From Lingula anatina (taxonomy: Eukaryota; Animalia; Brachiopoda), in contig CM120642.1 of the NCBI GenBank assembly GCA_051362555.1, forward strand, positions 9,858,001-9,922,000: a DNA stretch of 64,000 nt, written 5' to 3'. Position 1 is the first letter of the stretch. Each line of letters begins with the position of its first letter. The translations under genes and the position numbers were made by a program. The notes beneath the pieces are model-generated. The model was not told where the DNA came from. It saw only the letters and a list, made by a program, of their open reading frames with translations, and did no database searches. Shown piece after piece: positions 47,401-61,238 of the stretch.

Positions 47401-50400
47401 ACCAAGTGGGGCAGAGAAAAACTGGTTCTACCCGTTCGAAGAATGTCACATTCCCATCTTGACAATAACTACTTCCAACTATTATAGCCGCTTGAAAAAT
47501 TCAACGGCAATAAAAGCTTTTATACAGTCATATCGTCTTTCACACTCATATAAAACATCAACTGAGTGGTAAATACATGTTTTTTAAATCAAAATCGGTC
47601 ATGGTCCCAAATCTGCCCTATAAAGATGAAAACTCATTCTTGACATTCTCATTTATATGATAAGTATTACTTGTGAGAATATTCCAGATCCATATTGTAG
47701 CTGGCAGAGACACAGTAATTCCAGTCTTATTTTTTTCATCTTTTCTAATACACCCATAGTGTTGCGTGTGTTGAATATAAATGAACCGCATTCCTACTTA
47801 TAATTGAGGCCTGCAAGGATTTTATTTTATGTTAAATATTTGCGATAAACTCGTCCAGTTAAATATCACGAAGTCATATCAAAGAAAAATAACTAGACGT
47901 GGAAAAACACTAACGCCATCTTGTGAATTTCAAATGCTAAGCAAAACTTTTAATATTTGTCGTAAATTTAACTTGCATTATAGAACCGGTAACCAGGCTA
48001 TGCTTACACGAATAAGATTTGCACAGTATTTTTCAGTTTGCCCTAAAAATTAATTTCATCAACATTTGCTTTCCTTCCATTTACATGTTAAGACTAGAAT
48101 ATTTCTTATTTGCCATATGGACGTAATATATGCACCTGGTGCCCGAGTGTTTATTTCATATATGTCTTTGTGTTGTAGCACTCCACTTTATGAGACATAT
48201 TATACGACTGAATTAATTATCATTCAGTACTGATAATAATGCACCCCAGGCAGCTTAGTTTGGCGCAGGCATACCTCTTTTTTTTTTTCACCGCAATATG
48301 AACTGCTCCACGTCATGATCTTGCTTGACTGCTAAGCAAATAGTACCCAGTCAACCGCTGACTTGCTTATATACTGTAATACTTGTTGAAGTGATATAAA
48401 ACACACCCACTATTGTCTGGTCTGTACAACAGGATGATGTTATAGCATAAGCGGTTTCTAAAGAACGAAGCTGTGGTGTATATCGTTTTCGTTAATTTTG
48501 AACAAAATCCGGATATGTCCAGTGATATTAGTGACAAATGAAAAAAGAAAAAAAAACTTGAATTTTACATGATTATATAAATAAATGTACCTATTGCACC
48601 GAAATTAGGAGACTTGAGGAAAACAACTGGCCATTCTGCTTCATCTTACAATTTCAGAATATCGTTCTTTAGCAACTTTATAGTAAACGATGTTAGGACT
48701 GGCTTCAACCGACATCTTCTTGGCGCCTATTGTGGTGCTTTGCTGCTGAAATGTGGTCTTATCGAGCCGATATCATCTGCCTATTATGAATCGGAGTCAT
48801 GTAAAAGGAGTGTTTGAAACCACTATTACATCAACCTAAGTGAGAAAAATTGCTCATAAAGGTGTTGGGGACAAAATTTTAATACCTTAAACCGAGTTTT
48901 ACACGGACTCATTTTTCTACTTCGATTCCGAAGTTAGATATGATATGTCATTTAGCCAATTCCTTGGTTCTTTATACAGCCAACTTTTAACGTGACACGA
49001 AGAGAGAGTGCAATTTCCAATAAAAAGGTGTCGCCTAGGAAAAACACCACGGAAAAGCGTAGATTACATTTTTGACTGATAAATATTTTGTCAATTGCCT
49101 ACTCCCCAAACAATTAGTTTAATTTGCCTGAATCTATCCCTGTGTTACCTACAGTGTGAAAATTCCAATACAAAGAATGTATGTAAGAATTATTAAAAAT
49201 GGACTAGAGGAATAAAATAATACTTTTCTGTTGGCACGCCAAGTAAATTTTATCGTTTTATCAATTCAACAACCTAATTATAATCTTTTCAACGCCACCT
49301 GCATTGTCTGAGATGTAGAAATTGTGAGGAAAGGATTCAGCTAGGTGATGATGGCAATAAATAGCCAGATATCCTTTAAACATTCACCATTTTTATTTTA
49401 CTGATAATTGTTTTTTGGTTGGATGCCAAATCTAACGTATGTATCATAAATTTTAACAGTAGAACAAGACGTCTTTTTTATGTAGCTGTAGGCTAAGTAA
49501 CATTTAGGACTGGAAATTCTGTATGACACACGCAGTTAATACAACTACATGTCTGGTGCAGGTGTAGGTCTGTGTGCTCAGTATAGACTAAAATGAACGG
49601 CATCTACGTCAACTTTTCATGTCTTCCAGCAAATTCTTAAAAGCGTTGCACAACCGTTAATTATCATGAAACATTCAAAATGCATGCTTCTTAAATATAC
49701 ATTATTCATTGCGGAATTTTTTAGTTGCCAAATGTTTTTTAAACGTGTTTCTTTAAGTCCGGGAGGGACAGGTCTTAATGTTGTCATTAGTGGTCTATTA
49801 AAGAATTCATCATCTTGCTGACGTGCCTAGTGACAATATATATGTGTGTGTTATTGCAATTTTCATCGTCCACGCCCGATGACTCTGCTGCCTCAGTTGA
49901 CATGTCCACTTCTTTTTTTTAAAGAACCGTGAGCATAAATGGCATTTTATCGCTTCTCAGTAAATCAGTAAAACTTTGGCCCCTTCGTAATCAGAAGCAT
50001 TTGCAAACCAGGTTAGAAATTATACTCTATTGTATGTATTAAGGCACTAGTCCAATTTTGATGATAGTTTGAATGCATGTTGAATTACCACCGATTTTTC
50101 ATAACAAATTATGCATATTTCCCATTCTTTAGAATAAATTGAACTTAATCAGTTATCATACCGATGGAAATATTATTTATTCCCAACGCCTTGAGCAAAA
50201 AAGAATTATTATCTGTCAAGAGAAATAATCCCTTGTAAATTGTGGTTAATGGGTTTTAAAAATGTTTTTCTATTCAACAGTGTGTGCATGTTCGTTACAC
50301 ACGGCGATTGACGACGCTCTAGGCGTAACAAAATAATCACGAGCCATCTGCATGTTTTCCTACAGAAAATAATCCGTTACGAACTATATATTTGTAATCT

Positions 50401-52901
50401 CTTGGAGTACATTGACAGTGATGTTAATTCGAAATAATAGCACCTAGGGCGGTCACCTAAATGTATTAAATAATAGATATCTGAAGGAGGGATAATTTCT
50501 TCTATGAGTCTGCTATTAATAATGGTACTGACCTATCCGCCTACTCTGTCTGCGTGTTAAAAAGAGACCGCTGATGAAACGTTTGTGCCTCATGTTAACA
50601 ACGACAAAAAAGTAAATATATAAATGAATTGAAAGGAAAACCAAATAACTCAATAACTTTCCCTTAAAGCAGTGCTAGGCGTTTGTTTGTGTTTCTAATG
50701 TGCTATGACCTTTACTTATACAAAAATCACCTCGTGGAATGCGATTTACTGTATCCCTTGAAAGTAATTATCTACTGATTTTATTTCATAATTAACGGTT
50801 GTTGACAAATTCTTTGTGAATATGAGTACACAAACGTATGCATAATTGTATTGGTTTATGTTCATGTGCAGTCTACGTACAGACGTATAGATGTAATTTC
50901 TAAGAAAAGGTGATATACAAAACAAAAACTAATAAAAAATGGATAATTTTTCCAGATCTTCTACGAGATGTACTTGGTGCTGATGCCGCCTCCTTCTTTT
51001 ACGAGTACCAAGGAACAATAGGAAAGAACAAGGGGGTACGCGTCACGGACTACATTAAGCAGCAAGACGCACAGGCCCTCCAGAAAGCCGCGCAGAAAGA
51101 ACAGCAGGAAGCAGAAAGGGAAACTCACGAAGAGTGGTCGGAGGAAACCAGAATCAGAACTGAGGAAGTCAACCAGAACTTCGCCGCCATTAGAATCGAC
51201 GGACAGTTGGTCCCGATTCCCCGAAACGTGCGCCAAAGTATCCACGTGGACCGAGAAGAGGAGGAGATACAAGGAGGGGGTATTTTGCTTAACCACGCTG
51301 ACGGCTCTGGTTATAAAACAGACAGTAGCACGGTGAATTTTGACACTGTCAATGAGTGTGTAGACCTTGGCATCGAAAACGGTGTCGCCCGGGTTGCCGT
51401 CAAAGTGACATGCGAGAGGATCGTTCCCGTGAACCCTGTTCAGGATGTCTGGAAGAAGAATGCGGTGATCGTCACCCGTCTGATTGAGTTTGACTTGGAA
51501 GCCAACCCCGAGACCCGGCGGATGTATGAGCGCATTATCAATTCCCGAAAAACAAACAAGCGTGAAGTCGCATACATCGACTCACGGGGCAGGGAACACA
51601 TTGAGACACAAGCTGATAGAACGCTGAACGCTAAAGAGACTATGAAGGTTTTCTCTACGTTAATGAACGCAGCTGGCGAGAAAAACGAGTTTGAAAGACA
51701 CAATGTGTTGCTTTCAAGACAAGATAGCAGTGCTTCGGATATCTCGTTTGCGGGCAGCGAAAATAGAACGAACAGGAATGTTTCTTACAGAGACTCCAGA
51801 AGAGCTGAGCTACAAGGTGGGTCAAGCAGAAATTTTTCTCATGAAGTTTCCAGAAGATCTGAACAACAGCCTGTTTTAGACAGAAACGTTTCGTATGGTA
51901 CCGCGAGAGCTGGACAACAGTCTGCTTCAGAGAGCAATTTTTCGTACGGAACCACAGGTAGATCTGAACAAAAGCCTCGTTCAGAGAGCAATTTTTCGTA
52001 CGGCACCACAGGAAGAACTGAACACCAGTCTCGCTTAGACAGTAATATGTCGTATGGAAACACGGGAAGATCCGAGCAGCAGTCTGGTTCAAGCAGCAGC
52101 GGTACCTTCAGTGCTGCGGCCTACGGGCGAACCACGCATATGCCCTCAGTACCAAAATTCCCCTCCAATATACATATGGACAATAATTATCCTGTAGTTC
52201 AAAAGACTCAGAAAGGGATGGAACTATTGCGTAAATATGGCGGCGGACTTGATAGAAACTCCAGCAGTACAATGAATCGCAACACATCTGAGAAACACAG
52301 TATGTCAAGGAGCCATATGTATAGAAGTAGTGATGATCTTTTGTCGTCCAGCTATGGAGAAATGGACCACACAAGGCCAGGCAGCGCCAGTGGTAATTAC
52401 GCTAGTAGCACGGAGAGACTTTCAGTGAACTATACCAGCGGCGGAAGTGGTGGTGGTGGTGGCGGCGGCGGCGGTGCCCGTTCTGGAAGCGCTATGAGCA
52501 ACCATTCGGCCCAGTATGGCGGTGGCGGTGGTGATGGTGTCCGATCTAGTAGCGCTATGAGCAGCCATTCGGCCCAATATGGCGGTGGCGGTGGTGATGG
52601 TGTCCGTTCTAGTAGCGCTATGAGCAGTCATTCGGTCCAGTATAGCAGTGGAGGCGGCTTCGGCGGCGGCGGCGGAGGAGGAGGAGGAGGAGGAGGTGGC
52701 GGCGGTGCCCGTTCTGGTAGCGCTATGAGCAACTATTCAGGCCAGTATGGCGGTTCTAGTCGAGCTTCCAGTCGCATGAGTGGGGACTTTGGCATGACCT
52801 CCGGTTTAAGCGGTCAGTCGTACCTCTCTTCACGGGAAATGTATGGCGATGCCAGTCAGTTTTCGTCCTCACCGCAAGCTGCGGGTGATGGTCTTTATTG
52901 A
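41467..52901 (+). CDS. Large (~2490 aa), mostly disordered, repeat-containing protein of unknown function; coding exons 41467-46993 and 50956-52901
   Basis: The 1864-codon and 663-codon ORFs join in frame through donor GAGG|GTGAGT (46993) and acceptor TTTTTCCAG|AT (50956), both phase 1, giving ...EETE-D-LLRDVLG. The first ATG has good context (ACAATGG). A strong pyrimidine-tract acceptor at 41144 implies an upstream non-coding exon. A candidate AATAAA lies at 54556. Confidence 0.88.
42046..42640 (+). repeat. Coding tandem duplication, 309-nt (103-aa) period, 2 copies
   Basis: KHA..ESRAQEN..VDYCEVSSSEILEL.QQ..ELPP.EEDITYEAH.SPIT.QGQ.VKG occurs twice (aagcac at 42046 and 42355). Confidence 0.92.
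46096..46470 (+). repeat. Coding tandem repeat, 69-nt (23-aa) unit, ~5.5 copies: NVER(G/P)TSP(D/E)RPVSEEPM
   Basis: Seen directly in the translation. The DNA is more diverged than the protein. Confidence 0.92.
51770..52755 (+). repeat. Coding repeats in the last exon: ~18-aa (S)N(F/V/M)SYG(T)TGRSEQ units and Gly-rich RS(G/S)SAMS(N/S)HSAQY units
   Basis: About 6 degenerate 18-aa units and 4 SAMS units separated by poly-Gly in the translation. Confidence 0.85.
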
Positions 52902-55729
52902 GCTGGCGACTGTAAACTGTAGTTCGGATGACAAAACCGTGGTGACATTTGATATGGAATATGTTTAGTGACATGTCAGTTTTGTTTTAAATGATATAAT
53001 GAAATTTAGCATGATGTGCACCGTTGGATATTTGGCCTAATACTCAGTATTGTTTCAATTAGGCAATATTAGACGAAAACGTAAAAAGCAACAATCTACA
53101 CATTTTCCATGTCAAGTGTTATCGCTATACATTTGACTAATTTTTTCCTCAGGTATATTGTCGATCTATTAGTGCCATATTTTATAAACTGCCTCTGTTC
53201 TTTAAGTCTCCCAATATACGAAATCAGATCTATTGAACTCAGATGCAAAACATTAAGATGTGCTGAAAATCTGGAATATGACGGTTTTTATAAACACATA
53301 AAAATAATTCTCCATTCAACTTAAACCTCTGGAAATTGTATTTTTTGATGGATATATTTTTACATTTGAGTGGTGTAGGCATATATATCATTAAAAATTT
53401 ACTTTGTAACCACGAAGAATCAACATTTAATTTACCATATGCCTAGAATTGTTTATATAATTATTAAGAATAATCTGATGTTCGAAAAGGCGGGATATAA
53501 ATTCCCTTTTAAAATTTTGTGAACGAGAAATTTAAGGAACATCGCATGACATAGATGTGAGTTAAAAATGTCATCAGTATTTGAAGGAGAATACAGTGGA
53601 ACGGATTTAACTGGAGTTATGAAAAGTTAAATTTGGATACAGTTATATTGGATGTATAGATACATGTAATGGCACTGAGAACGAGATGTGGCATTGGAAA
53701 ACATCTATCATCTTATGCAAGTGTATAACCTGGAAACTCGTGCTGGGCAATATGTAATTTCACGCTGTGCCATATACTCATGCCTGTATACAAGTGTGTA
53801 TCTTATTAACTCCTGCTAGATATTTTACAATTTCTCTTTGTGCCATACTCCTATAAATATATAGCGAGCTATTTATGACGTTAGCTGAGCGCAGTTTTGC
53901 TTTAATTATTTACCAAATATTTCTGCGACACTGGAAGAGTATTGAAATGAACAGAGGGGAGAGCCAACTGTTTGTTTTTCTGAAGTTGGCGTATGGAAAC
54001 CAAAAAAGTGTTGTCGCCTTTATTTCTGTATCTTTCGTTTAATTTCATATTATTCTATTTATTTGCATGAAACGGCATAATAGTTTGCAACCTTACTCTC
54101 TCTGTTATATCTCAAACTTTTCTTGGGACAAAAGTGGCAAAATAAGTTTTGTAATTATTACACAGTGGGTTCAGAAAATTATGGAACTATGTTTGATTAG
54201 TTCAATGCTGGTACTCATTTTTTCTGTAATCACGCTTTAAGGTTGAAAAAGTTGAGCGGGACTCTTGGATAGTTAAATTATATTAGCTTTTGCCATATTT
54301 AATTGTATTTTGGATTACCACAAGACCATTTGTTATGCATAGTTAAGAATAGTTAAACATGTTAACATTTTTGTACCTATTTATGTCATTTAAGAGATAT
54401 CTCATCACTAATGATATATAGTGTATCATTAAAATGCATGGTGTTTATATTCTAGTATTTCACATCTTTTTTGGTATACATTACTGCGGTCTGAAGAGTG
54501 AACTCAAGTCAAATTCCAGGATCAAATGTTCTGTATTTTATTAGATTAACAAGTAAATAAAGCCATATACGTAAAAGACTGTCAGTCTTCTTCTAAGAAA
54601 ACTCATTGTGGATGTAAGGGAGGGTTGAAAATGTTAAAATAAACCCAAATACATGAATGGCTGGCTTCTATGAGAAAAATCATACAAGGGTAGATCAAAA
54701 ATGTTTAATAATAAGTATTTATACTTTTCTACTGGGCTTTTGGTAGTAATATAAGAATATGTATACGTTTTCAACGTGATTGACTCAAGCAGATCGCATT
54801 TCGTTCGAACTTATGCAATTTAGAAAGAAAGAAAATGAACATAAATAGATATGCACGTGTGAAAAAATCCATATCCAAAGTTTATCTTTAGTTTTTACAT
54901 TCCACAAGCTTTAAATTCCCATTTTGGCACTTAGCCTAAGAATCACGTCTTTTTTCGCTGCAGCACGCTTACATCTTACAAGACGTTTGAGATGCAAAGC
55001 TATTTCTGATGCAAATTACCCATTACGAAGCTCAAATGGGCGCAGAAAGCTTTAAAACCCACTGAAGAATGCAACATACATTTCTAAATTTGCATTTTAA
55101 CACAGTTTCGTTAAAGACCTCTTTTCATTTGATTCATAACAAGCCACGACAAATTCTTCGTCAGGCGAGTACTTCACAGGAAAGACGTACATGAAGCAAA
55201 TAATTCTCTCTCAATTAACAGCAGATTAAAGTCGGATCCGAGCACATAATGATAAAATTTTCAATTCGATTTGGCTTTGCATACCGACAGTTATTGAAAT
55301 AAAACATTTTGACAAAAACTGCTTAACACTTTATTATTGCTCAGTTATTTTTCTGCATATACGGTAGTTCTGTCACAATATTTAATGATGGCGCTTCTCT
55401 AAATGGAACACAGTCATGGTTTGTACTCCTTGTTATAACCTTACAATGCACATTAGTTGCAGAAAGGTTGCGCCTACGTGGTGCAACTAATCTCTTCGGC
55501 ACTTGGAACTTTTAGCAATGTATTACAAAAAGAAAATGAAAAGAAGTACATATGCAAAGTGTGAAAAAAATCCAAATCCAAAGGACAGTGTGCATGTTTA
55601 GTATTTAATTTTTCCAAGCTTTAAATTAACATTTTGTCACTTAGCCTAAGATCCATGTCTTCTGTTTGTTAAACTGATAATAAGTGCATGTAGGTATGTC
55701 TGTTCTCGGAATTCTCAGAATTTTCTCTG

Positions 55730-57128
55730 ACTTACCAATGTATAATGAATTCGTTCCAACATTCAAATTTAGTCCATGCTTTTTTTTTCTAAAAAGTTTG
55801 GTTTTTTGTTATAATATCTTAACCCCATAGGATCCAGTTAATGCTGACCCATAAAGTTCTGCTGTGCCCAATTAATTCTGTGAGGTAGCCTTGAAAAGCC
55901 GGGTCACTTCAGTAAATTGGCCATAATTTATTTGTTTGCCTTTATTACCCATACAAAGTATACATTTTTAAAAAGCCAACATTTCAAGCTAAATAAAAAT
56001 AGAATTACATTTAAATTCAACGCACTGTACAAAGAATTATGGCCGGTTTAAAACTACATTTTTATTTGATAATGGGTGAAATAAAACAAAGTTGATTTAT
56101 CTTATGCACATCAATTTTTTATTTCTCCATAAATTTGCCTGAAAATTCACAGAGATGATGTCAATTATAGTAACTTTCAATCCAGGAAATTTCAGCAAGT
56201 TATCTCCATTAATTTCCAAGTTATGCTCGTTTTGCTACCAGGTATACCTACTTGAGCCAGCTTTTCAGCCCACCTGAACATCGTGGCCAGAGCTGAATAG
56301 AAGTCAATTTTTAACACCATCTATGGCAAAAACATATTTAAAACTTTTATCATGAATAGAGGAATATCTTCCCCTCTGTCTATATCATTGTCACTCGAAA
56401 ACACCTGATCAGTGTTGTAGTTTTCAATCATTTCAATAACAGTATCCATTCGCAGGCCTCTTCCATAGTGAGAAGTCGCCATTTTGATTTTACTTTCTTC
56501 AGCTAAGTCTAGGAAATAGCCGATTTCTCGCTCATATATATTTCTATCGTCCTTTATATCATAAATAAATGAATATCATCGTCACTGTCTATGTCACTGT
56601 CACACGAAAACTTCTCATCAAAGTCCGGGTTTTCAATCATTTCAATAACAGTATCCCTTCGCAGGTCCCTACCGTAGCGAGGAGCCGCCATCTTGATTTT
56701 ACTTTCTCCACCTAAGTCTTGAAAATCGCCGTTTTCTCGCTCATATATATTTCTATCGCCTTTAAAAATGGTGGCAATGAGAGACAAGAAACATACCCGG
56801 ATGTTAAACTATATATCATTTTATGACTCACGATACAAAAGAGCACAGAAGACGATCTTTCCAAGATACGCACATATGCGGTTCTGGGCGTTTGGGGTAA
56901 GCGATAATTGAACCGCACATATGCGGTGACGGGCTCTATGGGGTTAAGAGATTATTACAGAGTATAGCCATCTATGGAGATCATGTGGTCTGTTGGCAAG
57001 CACAGATTCCAGAATAATTGCTTATAACTGCTGTTTTGGAGGTAAAAGACAATTTATTTTATTTCTACAAGTTGTTTACTATGTATTTATTGTGAAATAT
57101 GAATCTCATACAAAGAGTTGTTATGCCT
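55730..57128. mobile_element. Decayed copy of the Kolobok-like MITE, split by a nested insertion; left end not recognisable
   Basis: Removing 55823-56947 restores ...ttctaaaaagtttggttttttgttataatatcttaagagattattacagagtatagccatc..., colinear with 25960-26197. The right end is agagttgttatgcct|ttag. Confidence 0.8.
55823..56943 (-). mobile_element. piggyBac-like non-autonomous element (1121 bp)
   Basis: TTAA|CCCCATAG ... CTATGGGG|TTAA, with subterminal repeats cgcacatatgcgg. A minus-strand acidic peptide MAAPRYGRDLRRDTVIEMIENPDFDEKFSCDSDIDSDDD resembles a piggyBac transposase N-terminus. Confidence 0.85.
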
Positions 57129-60100
57129 TTAGAGCACTTCTTCGCGCCTGCGTAAGTGTAAGCGTAAAGAAGGCAAAACAGGCTCCAGCGTTTTGTAACT
57201 ATCACTTAAGTCGGCGACAAGCATTAGATTTAAAACAGAATTCATTTATTCAAATGAAATTATAAATGGGGACACGCTAGCCATTCTGTGTTCCGCCCTC
57301 CTCGGGTCGCGTGAGATGAATGTGTTACAGACTGTTGGAAGACGGCCCATATCACTCATGCTGTAACCTTGGCAAGTTTTAGCGCCGGTCCTGTTCACCT
57401 CCGATTTATTGACCTCGGTTTCGTTCCGGTCTAGAATCAGTCTAATGGACTCACATGCCGAATGTTCTTCAAATAGCTTAAACTGATAGATCTTTTATTC
57501 ACTGAGGCCACCGTCTGATATCCAATAAATTCAATGCAATTATCGCCAGCATACTGCAGACCTGCAATTGCAATTGTCAATTGCAATAAAAAGAAAATTT
57601 TCAACGAAGTCTTTGAAATGTACATCCGTTTAACCAGCTCAAAAGCAGTTTTAAACTTTTTCAGCTTCACGTGAACTCGACCAAATACCCAGCGCAATAA
57701 GTAGCAAATGATTTATTGCTTGAAAAAAGATGATATTCAAAGCACAAAGCTGGTGAGGATGATGTTGTTTCTTGATGAAAAATAACACGCATGCTACCCC
57801 GAAAAGCACCAAAATAATGCCCCATACGAGGTCTGTTTGCCATTCCGGCGGATATTTTTAAGTATAAAACACAATATCGATTATGTGTGTGTGTGTGTGA
57901 TTGTGTCCATTCCTTTCCATTCATTTTCTCTTGAAGTAGAACTATCGTCTGGTCATCAAATATTTTGTATGTTGACAAAACATTCATTAAAGAGGCATCC
58001 AAAAAAGGCTAGTGTCTTCATTAAAAAGAATTAAATCTGTTTACAAATCTATGGTTGAAATAGAGTATAGTTTGCTGAGATACAGTGTATAGGCCTATAC
58101 TAAGGTATAGATTGGCACGTGTTTCATGTGAAAAGAAACAATTGATGTAAGTTGATGTAATGCGATGCCTGGTGTAGTTTCTTTTGATATTTCGACAAAC
58201 GGCTCTTTATGTGTCCTGAATTCAATCACCAAGGTGACAAATACCAAGTGTCAGCATTTACAGCGTTTTAACGTGTTCGACTCACTCTGATGGGCGCTAA
58301 TGATGTCTGTTTTATGTTAATGCCTCCATTTGTTAAATCGGTCTTTTATACTCCCATAGAATGTGGAAGAGGTATGGCAACAGTATGTGTAGATACCACG
58401 TCTCTTCGTATGTTCAGTATGTTCAGTTGATGGTATACGGGTAGAAATTTCCAGAACGCTGTGTCGGGTGGGGGAAGGGGGAGAGAGAGAGAGAGATAGA
58501 GAGAGGGAGAAAATCTCTTTTTAGTCTTTAAGTTTAACAACATGAATGCTGTAGCGAAGCTAGATAAATCGCCACCGTTGCACTCGCTACAGGACACAGG
58601 TTTTCTTAAAGGACGCATTTTACAGTTTGATAGTTCAAGTTGCCGGCGACAGGATGATCACGATGCAATTTTTTGCTAACTTATTAATTAGAAATTTCCC
58701 ATTGATTAAAAATGCGCTGGATAAAAGTATAACCAAGGTATGTTTTATTTAATAAAATATTTTCCCAGTTACAGCACTGTCAACACTTCTCTTTTTTTGC
58801 ATAACTTATACCTTTCTGGCACATGATAGCGGATTCTCATCGTTTTTCATAAACCATAGTTCTAAGTTTAACTGTGTTGATACGAAGTGTAGAATTCAGA
58901 ATAAACTTTAAAATAAGAAAAATAATGTTGGATACCGATGAGTTAGATAAATCCAAATGAATGTCATTTATCCAACACATTTGACAAAAGTGAAGATGTA
59001 TAGCACTTTACACGAAGAAAAGCTTCAGTCAGCGATAAGACACTTGCTTGGGGCACAGCGACCACGCGTCAGTAGTCTAACAAGAAGGATGATACAACAA
59101 GCGGTTGGGCGTGTCTGAGGCCCATGGACTAGCCTGAAAGCTAATCTTGTTCTTGGTGGACCTGAAAATAATTAACTAGAATAAATTTTGATACATAAAC
59201 ATTCAAGATGAAAGATATACGTTCATTTCCATTTAAGATGAAAGATTTACTTTAAACGAGTTAGCGCAGTATACGGGCGCATGTTCGTGAGCGCGCGTTA
59301 GTGTCATTTAGCGCTTTCACGCCCTTTTACCCATTCAAATACAAATGTACGTTTCCTCATTTTACCACAATGTGTTTGATTTGCTTCAGTTAATCCAAAA
59401 TGTGTCATAAAACGCCATACTTACATGTCAATGAGCCATTGTCTTACATCTTCAAAGACTGGCAGGTCAACCTGCTTACTCAGGTACTCCGCTATAACCC
59501 CCGACTAGAACAGTATATATATATATATATATATTAATGAACAATGCACATCTTCTGGAAATCAATCTTATTTTCTATATAAATGTGTCGTGGAGGAGTT
59601 AACAAAACAATTCAATTATTTCAAGGTCAGCTTTAGAAATCAGATGTTTAACAGGTGTATTTCTGTAAATTACCAAAATGCTCTTTTAACTTACCGTGAG
59701 AGCGGTGGAGAACGACGTTCCTAAAAACAAGAATCACATTTCAGTCTTAAGGGAATGCATTCAATATGTACACGTTTCATGAATACGCATTATAATTTAT
59801 AACGTGTTTTCCCATTGTAAAAGTGGACCAAAGGGTGATCTTGACTTCTCTTTTTCTAAAAGATCCGTTTGAAAAAAAAAAAAAAAAAGTTGCCTCTGCA
59901 GTTATTATAAACCAAAGACTCATGGTGAAAAAAAAAACAGAATCTGTTCTGTGATCAAGGCATAGAAATGTGTTATCCAATGTGCACTACCTACCAGTAT
60001 AACCGCTGTAATATCCACTGTTTTGCGTTGACTTAAAACCACGTATACTGGAGCCCTGGAACGGAATGAAAACGCCATTATTCTGATCCTGTGTAATTAT

Positions 60101-60551
60101 TTCATTTCCAAAATCTCCAACCAGTGTACCAAGTTTTACTTTAAGTGCATGTAGTAAAAAGACATTCACAGGCTTCAAGTTTCTTTTATACCATCTTTTA
60201 TACCAGATCAGACAAAAATGTTCTTTTCTATATCATTTGTTGATCAGCAACAATTGTCACAATTTTTTTCTTTTTTTAATCATTTAAACATATTTGGCGT
60301 ATTATTTACAGTGTAACTCACCGGTGCCAAGATGTCAACACAAGGACCATAATTCGTATTTTCACAAAAGTCATCATTACGCCCAGAGCAACCGACAGAT
60401 ATTCTAAAAAGAAAAGCTGATAAAAGTTCACACTAGCTCACTGTCTAATATTCAGAATCATTGAGCAACAAAGAAATCGTTACATCGATAAACATGCCGT
60501 GTAACCTACATTACAATTTACTCCCGGGCTTTATGGATTTGTTTGATTCTG

Positions 60552-61238
60552 GGGCCGGTTTCACAAAGCAGTAGTTAGTTAGAACAACTAACTACTGAAC
60601 TACCTCGCTAACGAGCAAACTTAGCGATTTTCGAGGGGTGTTTCACGAAGCAGTCGTTAACTCATCGCTAAGTTCAGTCGTAAAGTTCGGTCGTTAGTTC
60701 TCTCGTTACTCACCGTAGTCTCGAAACCGTCTGCCGGAAGTGGAACTCTTGCGTAAAAGTGTCACGAAAGCACTAACTCTCCAATTTTTGGTGGCTGGAA
60801 ATGCATAAGAACGTCTGCTTTGAGGTCGTCGTAAAGGATCTCCACCACCTTTTTGCCGCTCTTTTTGTCACAGCTAGGCGCAACCTCTCGTAAATTGCAT
60901 CATCGTGTGTATATTCTAATAGATTCTGCCTTTCATGAAAACGTCTTAGTCTACGTTGCCGTCTGGCGGTACGGATAACAAGAAAAGTAGCCGCCATATT
61001 GGATACAAAGACAAACGACAGACAACGGTAACTAAGCAACCTTTTTATTTCACTCATTACGCATGCGTACGATGAAACTCTAGAGTTAGCGACTGGTCTA
61101 ACCAGTCGTTAAATATCCAAGGCAACAACGAGACAATAACGAGCGAGAGAACTAGCGACTGCTTCGTGAAACGGCACTATAACTAGCGAGAGGCTAACTA
61201 CCGATCGCTAACTAACTACTGCTTTGTGAAACCGGCCC
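60552..61238 (-). mobile_element. PIF/Harbinger-like deletion derivative (687 bp)
   Basis: Perfect 31-bp TIRs gggccggtttcacaaagcagtagttagttag and ctaactaactactgctttgtgaaaccggccc, with a 3-bp CTG TSD. The internal minus-strand peptide MAATFLVIRTARRQRRLRRFHERQNLLEYTHDDAIYERLRL resembles the N-terminus of HARBI1-type transposases. Confidence 0.88.
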
